NCBI GenBank assembly: GCA_012026655.1
Contig: JAAILG010000124.1
Location: 62,001-126,000 of the forward strand
DNA: 64,000 bases
Direction of reading: 5' to 3'
Source: Hydrolagus affinis
Lineage: Eukaryota
Below the pieces are notes generated by a model, which did no database searches, had not been told where the DNA came from, and saw only the letters and a list, made by a program, of their open reading frames with translations. Both the position numbers and the translations under genes were made by a program. Each line of letters begins with the position of its first letter. The stretch's first letter is position 1. Positions 53,785 to 64,000 of the stretch are shown piece after piece.

Positions 53785-56700
53785 GTACATATCACTTTCT
53801 TTCTAGACTTTTGATGATGTTAAGCATATTCGTTTAGGTACTGTCCCTCTATATCTTTGGTGATCTCGAATATTCAGTAATATCCCTCAGCTCTCGCTTC
53901 TTTTGTGTGAACTTTCTCAGTTTCTATAGGCTCTCCTCGTAACCCAGATAACATCTATCAATCTTAATACCCTTCACTGTATCCCCTGCAATGCAAACCT
54001 GTCCTTACTTATTTCATTGACCAGAATGGTATGCAATTCTCTAGTGTTTTGTACAAGCTCAGTACAATTCTTGTGACCTGTGTTATCTTTAGCTACGCCA
54101 CACCAGCATCCTTTTTGCTTCCATTATCATTGTTGGACACTGTACTAATAATTTTAGCATGGTGTACAGATATTATTTGATAGAAATAAGGTTCATTGAG
54201 ATGAAGAACCCCTACAAGATCAACTCACTGGTATTTGAAGCAATCCCGTAAGTTGCTATCGTGCAGCATAATCAGTCAAAGTAAAGAATAGCAAAGGGTG
54301 ATGAATCAAGGTTAACACTTGATGAATGAGCTCTTTGGGGGCATCAAGGGCAATGCTAACCTCAGTCACAGGGCACTTGTTTTGTAGATGGAGCAGCATA
54401 GAGGCCAGTGCGGTCAATTAAGCATTCTTCAGATCATTTAAATAGATTTCCAGCTCACTTTTGGGTGCCACAATATTGCGTAAGTGCAGTAGGGAGGAAA
54501 AGGCACACATAGTACAAGATTAAAGGCAATTTTCTCCAACAGGATTTATGTCTCACAGAGGCACAAAGGATGTTCAGAAGTATTTCTCCATTGGGAGATA
54601 ATGTGTATGTCTGAAAATTCTTTCCTTTTTTGTATAAAAGAATGATTGATGGTGTGGTATTGCTGCAATGTGGTCTCTTTAGTGTCACTATCCTCTGCAT
54701 CGAGATTGGCCAGTGTTTAATTACAGACAAATCTAATTTGAAAGCTAGGACTTCCCACTCACATTAATAGTAAATTCTTACATTTTTTCTCCTTCATAAT
54801 GTGCCTCCATGAATATTCTATATCATCATTAATGTGTGTGCGTATGTATGGAGTCCATCTATACAATTCAGCAGAGGAAAAATTAACTTTATAAATATTT
54901 GAGAGTATGTGTTTGTGGTTATTATTTTTATCAATGCTTCTGTACTTGGAGTATAAATAACTCAGCTCCCTAGAGGAAATTTAAAAGCACCAACCATGAG
55001 TAGATGGAAAAATTCTACATTTAATGAAAAAATTATTTCACAAATGACCATGATGGGCAAAACTGGCTGTAAAAACAAGTCCAGAATAAATTTGATCCAC
55101 GATCTTTGTAGGAAATGTCTACATTTCTCATAATATAGGATTTCTCAAGCTAAGATTCCACTAAAGAATTATACTTTACTTGTTATTTCAAACTGTGAAT
55201 ACTATGGGAAAGTACTCTACTGACTGAAGTTTAGAGAACTTTAAGACAAACCATAACAACAACAACACTTATATAGCATTCTTCACGTGAGGTAATGTCC
55301 CGGAGTACTTGACACCAGGGCATAAAGAATATTTTATTGGGCAGTTAAGATGGATGGTAGATCCCTTTTCATGACAACAATTTTGAATAGGTTCAAATTA
55401 TAATAAGCACATAAGCATATATCGACAAACGTGCTGCAGTTTGGCAAGATGAATTCCATGCCATCTGTTCGTAAGTCACAAAGGTCAACCTAGGATAGGG
55501 AAACAAACTAGAACTAGATTTTGACTAGTTCAGTGTCAAAAGTACATTATTACTTGTAGTAAAAAAAATGCATTTTAAGGTGATGAATGGTAGAGGTGGC
55601 GGGTGGACTATTTGTTGTCTTTTCACCCAGTGACACAATTTAGCCATTCACTATGTACAAACTAGGTTAAGACACAATTTGACATCGTGGCTGCACTGCA
55701 CTTTACAACATGCCTTAATTTAAAACTCAAGAGGGCATCACTTACTGCACTTGCATTGCATTCATATTTCCCATACCAGTCATGCTTTTCACTTCTCTGT
55801 GTGAGATTGCCCAACTCATGCCAATTAGTGCTGAATTATGGGCAGTTTTGTGCTTTCTGCTTCAGCCCACTGGGAACTGAGTTGAGACTGTCCAAACTCA
55901 TTTATCTTAGGGACCTTACCAACTGTTACAGAGAGACTTTCAGCTCATCAATCTGGATTTCATTCGAGCTCAAATCCCACAGGTAAAAATGCAGTGTTCT
56001 AAAACACTGCACTATGCATTACTCTGAACCTTAAAAAAAAAACTTACAAACTGTCCTTTTACCTCAGGTTAATCAAGCCTTTGCCCCACCATTCCCCCCA
56101 ACACTCCCCCCAAAAAAAGCAAATTAAGGTTTCTGCTTCGAAGATTGTCTTTTATATTTAACAAAATCACAAACTGAATCTTTTGGGAAAAAGATTTTTC
56201 TTTTTCTTTTAATTTTAATTTGACCATCTCACATTGTGGGGTAAACAGAAATATTGTTGAGAATGGAAAGTCACTTGGGGGTTTTGGGGAAGATTGCCTC
56301 CACTTGCAACCTGCAATGAAAAATAGACAAATTTCCTTTCCGGAAATTATCCTGTTGTTGGAACAGCAAGAAACAGGCTAACCTGAACATGTCTTTTGCA
56401 GTTCCCACACAAAAAAATATTTCAATGCTGTTTTTCTTGGGAAATACACAACATCACACTATTGGTTGGTCTGAAGAAAACACTTCAGGCTATTTGTTCT
56501 GATTTTTCCAGATTACCCACCTTACCGTATTCCCATTACAGCATCAAACTGCATCAACATTACATGAGTCCAATATCTTGGTCTCAACTAACCTTCGGGA
56601 AAACATATCTTTAAATAGATGTGTGCAAAGAAATATTTTCTAGTGTATGTCCTTTTTACCCCGAATTTACCTTCTTTGCAAAGATAAGCTTGCTGGTCAA

Positions 56701-58334
56701 TGGTATAATTGTACCATGTGCTGAATGAATACACACTATTGAGAAATTGACTACAAGGAATGTTAAATAGATTGGCAAAATGGCAGAAATGCTTGTCACA
56801 GTTATGGTTTCATTGAGCACAAAATACTACTTGTGTTTGTGGATCAGGCGGTAGATATGGAGCAGACTGGAGCCCACTGAACGGAGGGAGTGGGCAGGTT
56901 GGTAGGAAGATTATGTTGATTATAAAGTATAAAATGTCAGACACATTTTTAATTCTTAAGATTCTTAATTAATTTCTTATGGACCTCTAAAATATTCCCT
57001 ATGAGACATCTCTGTTTCCCACAATTTGAGGATTGAGTAAAGACTCATCTTGTCAAACCTAAAAAAGAATATTATAAATGCACAACTGTTGATGCAAAAC
57101 TTCATCAACAGAATTTAAACAACAACATGTCATGTTTTAGTGTTGGGTGCTTAGTTATTTATTCAAATGCATCATTATTAATATAATAATAATTATTAAT
57201 ATAAATGCAACAGGAAAGTAATAGAGTTCCAGGCTACATTGCAAACTGTTTTCTCAAACATACTTTAATGTATTATTTTATAAATTCTTTGTTTATAAAT
57301 ATAAACAGCATTTATGACTCATAACCCTCTCAAGCTGTGATAAAATGTACAATCTCAAACTGCTCAGCAGCCCCAGGAGAGTTGATTTATATATTTAACA
57401 AACCATGGATTTATTCATGCTCAGAAATATTACAGAAAGTTTCATTACACGATCTGTAGCTTTTCTTGTAATACTTGTATGTGGGCTTTGTGCCTCAGGA
57501 CATTGATTTAATGGATAATGCCTCTGCTATTACTTGACATTGAAATTACACAGTGCAATAATGACATTTCAGGGAGACATGTACTTCTTATGACTAACAC
57601 ATAATGTGTTAGCTGAGATTTATTATGAAACAGTAACTAGGAATAGATGAATTCAGTATTTTATAGCGGTTAGGAAACTTGGCTATTGCCCATGTTCTAC
57701 TAATATCAAATTATAATCATGATACAGTTAATGGGAAATTTGCTCTTATTGTACAATAATATAGCATTTTCAATAAGATCCAGCATATTGAAAAAAGGCA
57801 CGTTAGCTTTTCATAAAGCAAAATTATTCTGCTCAGTACATTTCCAAATTAGATTATGTGTCAAAAGTGTAATTAGTAATTTATGCACAACAACAACTTG
57901 CATTAATATAACACTCTCTACATAGGATAATGTCTCAGAATACTTACCAAATACAGATTTTTGATTTTTGGATCAACTAAGCAGAAGAGACACAGGTGAC
58001 ATTGATATACAATGACCGCTATCATAAAACGCATTGTTTATAGCTTCTCACTAAAAGACAACCCATCCAAATATCCAATTTACAACATGGCACTCTTTAT
58101 GGCCCAATTTATGTATTACTCTTGAAAACAGCACTTAAATGTAGCACTTTCACTGTGTATGTATTGGTTATGCAAAGTACAATTTACTTTTATCCTTACT
58201 GCTTACTTTGAAGGTTACACAATGCCATACCATTTACATTTTATATTATGTCGCTTAGAATCCCTATCCGATATGATCTACCTCTGAATCGTGTAGAACA
58301 GACCCCACCAGAAAACCCTAGGTCTTCATTATGC

Positions 58335-58490
58335 TCAGATGTAGGTTGAGATCATTTTTGATCTCTGTTACCAACACATCTGCTAAGACCCTCTTGATCT
58401 CCACCTGGGAGCCCATGGACCAATGTCATCTGGTCCATAGTTGCCTGAAGCCTAACGTTGGCAAGTTTCACTGTTTCTCCAGGCCCTATT
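58335..58490 (+). mobile_element. Old L2 reverse-transcriptase remnant
   Basis: SCLKPNVGK resembles the L2 NFLKLNxGKTE motif, and a decayed YADD-like stretch (CACATCTGCTAAGACCCTCTTGATCTCCACC) lies upstream. Confidence 0.5.
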
Positions 58491-59899
58491 CTCTTTGTTC
58501 AATGCATGGTGACTGAGGACTCCATTTGCACAAGCCTTTAGTAACTGACTGTGCAATGCATTCTAGGACCAATGCATTCTGCATTCTAGGTGGCTAAGAT
58601 CAGACGAGACATTCACCATTTGAGCATCATTCCCTGCTTCCATTTTCTCCTTGGCTGCTTCAGTTCAGCTGAAGCTGTTGCCAAGCAAAACCCATTGTGT
58701 TCTCAACGATTATAAATGCAAACTGTGATGCAAATTGTTCCCTTTCCTTTCCTGCTGACTTCCCACTGCCCCTCTCATTTGACATGGCAGTTTAAAAGGC
58801 ATGTTTTTCTTAACCGCACCATTTTATTTTGCTGCCTTTCATTTGGGGGCATTGCCTGGTCATGTATCCCTTTCGGCTCAGTTACCAAATGGAATGGGGA
58901 TTCCCCTCCATCTATAATAGCTCCCATTCTGCCAAGGACTCCAGTGCCTTAATAATGTCCCAGTACTCGAGAATGTGCTCCAGGATATCTGTAGTGTCAT
59001 CTCACCTTAGAGGCCTGGGTCACCTCTTTGGTCTTTGGGTGCGTCACGCCTCACTTCCATCTGGAGCAGGGTATAACAATACACAATTACATTTTGTATT
59101 GTGCCTTTCATGCCGGGAGGATGTCCCACGGGAGGAGATGCTCCACCATCACAGATGTCTCTCTGTCCAGATTGTGGAATTCAACAATGCAGTAAAACCA
59201 GATACGGTATTTGGAAATTTATATTGATTTTTAAAACTTTTACACATTACTTCCCTTTTCGAACCATTGCATTCTAATGGCATTATGACATCAATGTAAA
59301 AAATGCTTGGGGCAGCCAATGAAACGTCAATTGTTCAGGAGTCAAACAGAGAGATTGTCATTCTGGATCTTCCATCTGGACTCCTGTGGTAATACACAAA
59401 AAAATCTATTTATATCGCATTGAGGACAAAATGGGTTTTGCCTGGCAACAACCTGAATTTTCTCTTTTTTTTATCTCTGCACTTGACAGCTTGTGATTCT
59501 AAAATATTTATTTATAGTTACACAAACAGAAACTATCTGAGTAGCAAAGATACTAATAAGACAGTCCTCATTGAGGAAATGGGCAATTTCAGAATTATGG
59601 AACAGTATACAAAGAGAAATGAATTGTGACAAAAGGTACTTGTCAGGATTTGGCATGAGAAAAGCATGAGAAAAGCGAACTATGTCTACTCCTTTTCAGC
59701 CGTACTATATTAAAAAAAAGTTTTTGTGTGAAGAGTCATAATAATCCTTAATCATTACATTCAATATTGTGTTTTATCATGTCGTTGAGATGTCTCAACA
59801 ACAGCAATATGTTGCTTCAGGTATTTCTCCTCTGTTTACCTAGAAGTAGGTTGGATCCCTGATGTTAGTCGATTGGTGCATTGTTTTCTGGGATGTAAT

Positions 59900-60115
59900 A
59901 ATAATCCCTTCAAATATTTTAATTTACTTTTTTGTAAATAGTAATTTGGTCACTCAATATATGACTGTTTATGGAACACTGCTGTGTGCAATTGGCTGCG
60001 AGCTTGCCCACAAAATAAACTGTCACTACACTTTAGAACATATTCTGTGAAGCACTTTGAGACATGTTGAAGACATGACAAGGACCTATATCAAATGCAA
60101 AATTATTATTATTAT
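59900..60115 (+). mobile_element. Deu-SINE, 5'-truncated and diverged
   Basis: TTGGTCACTCAATATATGACTGTTTATGGAACACTGCTGTGTGCAATTGGCTG...TATCAAATGCAAAATTATT. Confidence 0.75.
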
Positions 60116-60264
60116 GTTTGGAATATGGAATACATATGGGTAAGGCTCTGGGAAAGCCATAAAACCTAGAATGTTTTTGACATTCACTGTACATTTCAAA
60201 AGGTCAATTATATTTAAATAGCTACAACTTAAGTGGTTAAATAAAAGTAAAACTATTTAAAACT

Positions 60265-60292
60265 CACAGTGTTATATTTGTATACAAAAACA
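60265..60292 (+). other. Near-consensus 12-bp-spacer recombination signal sequence (12-RSS)
   Basis: CACAGTG (60265-60271), TTATATTTGTAT (12 nt), ACAAAAACA (8 of 9 matches to ACAAAAACC). The sequence match is certain; function is unknown. Confidence 0.6.
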
Positions 60293-61924
60293 TGGGTGAG
60301 GAAAGTACACTTATTTCTTCCTATTTTTAGATCAAACACTGCACTGTGAAGTGAGTGTTTAAACATTTTGTAGCTATCACTGTTTCTTGGGTGTCCATAT
60401 CACTTCAGTGTTATTGTTAAAGATTTTTATGTGTGTGGCAATGTTATCGACACCACCTTACTGAAATTGTATCCAAGGAACTGAAAGCTTCATTAGGAGG
60501 CAGACATGTGTACTGTGTAGGCACAAAATAGTGATATTAAATATAACTGTTATAAAACTGCAATTGTAAAAGTATTGCTAGTTTGATTATTTGTCACCAT
60601 CAGACTATTTTTAATATATGCATTGTTTCTACTGGCCCGATTACTTTCATTATTAAAAGGAAACAGAGATTTATTTAATATTTATGGATTCATTGTAAAG
60701 TGAAACGTTCCTTCTTAACTCATCATTCCTATAAATAGTCCAGACAATAATGAAGTCATTTGTAGAGGAAATGATTATGATGATTTATAATGGTTTATAA
60801 AACATTAGTAGGCATAAGGGAGCTTTATTAGGTTTAATCATTTAAGACTCTGTTGATCATCCTGTGTACATTCATCTATGTGCATTAACTTAAATCCCAC
60901 TGGTGAGTCTATAATGTAGTCACATATTACAAGACTTATGGTAATGCCTCCAGCTTCAGTTCAGTCCTATGAATTGGTGGGAAAACAAAAACTACAGGCA
61001 ATTTCACACAAGTCTTTTTAAGATTTATGATAAAATGTGACATTAGTTTTCAACTGTGAAGTTATTTCTCAAAGGTCCAAAAATAAGCTTCAACAATTCA
61101 GGATACTTTTCAACTTGCATTCTCCTCTTGTGCAAAATCCTATAGCCAGGGCTTTGCTAAATCCACAGGATTTTGTGGTTATAATTAAGGAGATGCTCAT
61201 CATCACCAATGGAAGGCAGTGTTACATACCTATCAGAATAGGTTTCCTGCTTTCTCAGATCCAGCTGAAGAAAGTCCACATGATTCTTTAGAAGAAGGAA
61301 TAATTCCTTTATTTCCACAACTAATAGGACACCATCAATTACACACAAAGAATAAAACCAATTTAAGGTATGCTCATGCTATGACTATGTGTATAACATT
61401 GTTGTCCCTCAAACGTTTCCAACTTCTGCCTGCTTCTAAAGCAATTGATCTTTAAATCGTGTTTTTTTTTAAATCACAGATCACTTATTTTGACCAAATG
61501 TTTTCTTATAGAATTGTCCTAGCATCTCAGCATCAATTTTGACTGTGTGGAGCAACATTTGGCCTGGAATGTTACATATCTCATTTCGAATCCCGCTACA
61601 TATACCAATTCCACAAAATCAGGAAGACTGCGGATCTAATACTATGTAGAATCTTTTAAAATATAAAGATATTTATGAATGGTGAACCATTGAACAGCAT
61701 TGATTGAAGTATAAAGAAAAAAATATCAGGAATGTAGAAATGCACAATGGGATGACTGCAAATTTGAGATGTTGAGGTGCAGAATCAGAATACATCTTAA
61801 AATTTTAAAGAAAGCCATTTTGAGACATCTGAAAAATGGATCCTGGGGAGAATATATCCTGGAAAACTATTGGATTTTCTATGGCTCACAAGAGAGATTA
61901 CTTAAAAAAAAAATGGCCTGGTTT

Positions 61925-62235
61925 TTACATTTGGCTGCCGAGTTTCACCCACAAGTGTACAGTTGGCTTTCCTGCTCTCCTTCCCCCTGCCACTCCCCCT
62001 TCCCTTGCCATCTTTTCCCCCCCATTTCCCTTATCCCACTTCCATGACTGTTTGTGGGACACTGCTGTACGCAATTTGACTGCCGCGTTTCGCCCACAAA
62101 TATACAGTCAATTTTCCTACTCTCCTTCATCCTGCCCCAACCCCTCCCGCCCTGCTCTTGTCCCTACCTAACTGTACAGCGCCTTGGGACGTCGTTCCGA
62201 CGTGAAAGGCACTATATAAATGTAAGTTTTGATTG
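61925..62235 (+). mobile_element. Tandem Deu-SINE core / L2 3' end chimeras
   Basis: The SINE core switches to a pyrimidine-rich tract twice at the same point (about 61960 and 62113). The second copy ends in the L2 tail GGGACGTCGTTCCGACGTGAAAGGCAC. Confidence 0.7.
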
Positions 62236-64000
62236 ATTAATTAGTGTTTTCTAAAATCTGGAATATAATCTAGATCTTCATATATTTCCGTAGCCTTCAA
62301 ACATGATTGGTCTCAGCAGTATATTGAGTTTCACAGTAAAAGTCACAAATATAAATCTGTTCAAATTGGATTTTATGCTTTGTAATGGTTGAAAAAGTAA
62401 CCAAATAAATAAAAGTGGACATTTAAAGGGATTTAGTTACTTAAAATCATCATTTAATGATATTACATTGAAGGTTTTAGCAAAAATGTACATAACATGA
62501 TATTGGGGATGGGGAGGGATTTGCTATTTGGTGAATAAGAAAAGATAAAAGGAAAGCTATGATATGTGGAAGAAACCTCTTTTGGGCATAGCTGTTTCAC
62601 TGTTTCACTGAATTAATAATTGTATGCTTGTTTATGTCATGGGCTGGGATATTTAACATACAAAACGATCCATTCAAAATACAAGAATATGCAGTTTTTG
62701 AAAGCACAATCTTTCAGAATAGTCCACAATAAAGATATTCTTTGCCCACAAGGAGTCAAGTTCAACAATCCACACTATTACTGTGTATGAAATGGAGAAT
62801 AGATTCAGCTAGGGGCAGTGGAGCCAAACACATAACAGCTGGTGATGGGTACTCTTGAAGAAACCTTTGGAGAGATCATTGAGATCCTTTGGGGAGATCA
62901 CAGACAATTATCGGGACTATCATAGGGGTAGGCGAGGATGAAAATAGGGAAGTGCAGGAGAGTGCAAATTTAGATGCAGGTGTTATGCTGTACACAGTCA
63001 CATTTATTCACTCATCATTATGCTTGTAACTGCTGATTGTAATTGCCCCCCTTCACCCACAAAGGGTGCAGCTGCTCGTGTGTCAATTGTTGCCTGTGTG
63101 TATGGACTAGTAAAACTGTCTTTTTTGTGTGCTCAGAATATCAGCTATTTTTGACAGTGCTGGCACTGCTGCTGTGTTAAATTATGAAGTGGGACTCGGG
63201 AGAAAAGGCAGCTTGTTTTCTTGGAAACGACAGAGAGAAAGAAGCATGACAGAGAGAGAGAGACCGTATGGTGAGGTTTGCAGTTTATTTCCCCACTACC
63301 TATAACAAGGATCTCTCTGACTGCTTTTCACTGCAAAATGGAGTTGAACATTCACTACACGTGTGCAGAAGTGTTCTGGAATGCTGAGTGCCCCTGAGTT
63401 GTATGCGAGTCGCTGATTGACGAGGAAAGCTCTGTTCTCATTGAGGGCTGGATTTGTTTTGGGATTTTAATTACCACAGTTGACATCTATCCAACAGCAA
63501 CTTGCATTTATATAGCACAATTCAAACTGGATGGCGTCTCGGAGCGCTTATCCAACTGTTTATCCTTTGTGACAATTCCTCCTTTTGCAGATATTCTATA
63601 AAATTGTACCATGAGATTAATCCTATCCTGGCAGATCTTTAAACACAGCTTTTCTTACAGTGACAGTTTCAAGCTGTCATGAAGGTGCATTTGAAGTTTC
63701 CTTTGTGTGCTATTTGAAGTCTTCATTGAACTGTGTTAGTTTTATGTTCATACGATTTGCAGAATGTTGCACAACCAGAAAATGTCATTGTTTGCACAAA
63801 TATAGACCACATTCCAAATACTTAAGGGCATTTTCTGGTGAAATATTTAAATAAAGTTGCAATTAATTTTGAATCTCAGTGGATATAACATTGTTGATTA
63901 GAGATAATCCACAGAACATTTTTCAGAGTATCCAGTGATACATAAATAGTGTCATAAGAGGTTCAGTACATGGAATTCATTACAATAAATTGACAGTACA

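Noticed and set aside
55137-55223. 87-nt frame RISQAKIPLKNYTLLVISNCEYYGKVLY-stop, the same length and RI start as the missing TdT last exon
   Set aside because: No AG precedes the AGG codon, and the EEEIF, LGL and EPWERN motifs are absent. Nucleotide resemblance would need several compensating indels, so chance is more likely.
56396-56614. ORF with an acceptor and KKIF, considered as a divergent exon 11
   Set aside because: There is no convincing match to the thumb C-terminus beyond KIF, and the length is wrong.
57948-57976. 29-nt minus-strand micro-exon with good splice sites
   Set aside because: The GTAAGT donor falls inside a decayed L2 tail, and no phase-linked partner exon was found.
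58259-58321. 63-nt + strand exon candidate IPIRYDLPLNRVEQTPPENP
   Set aside because: The donor (gtcttc) is weak, phase 2 is incompatible with TdT exon 10, and it abuts an L2 remnant.

Overview
Vertebrate genomic DNA, AT-rich. The repeat families point to a cartilaginous fish; a chimaera such as elephant shark is my inference from the SINE and L2 types and was not verified. The + strand carries DNTT (terminal deoxynucleotidyl transferase, TdT). The 3' part of coding exon 1 and exons 2-10 were reconstructed with GT-AG boundaries and one continuous reading frame: BRCT, 8-kDa, fingers, palm with catalytic GHDVD...RVD, and the TdT-type DNH motif. The terminal exon ([25 protein letters not shown] type) was not found in the 10.2 kb after exon 10. 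Introns hold a tRNA-headed Deu-domain SINE, its apparent partner L2 LINE, CR1 3' ends, two hAT-like MITEs and a Penelope-like remnant with a hammerhead ribozyme core. The most notable oddities are a near-consensus 12-RSS facing an inverted perfect heptamer at 60265-60348, a candidate in-frame cassette exon in intron 10, an enlarged palm loop with several unusual residues in TdT, a RUNX/ETS cluster in intron 1, and weakly supported orphan exons on both strands at the 3' end. No prokaryotic features are present.
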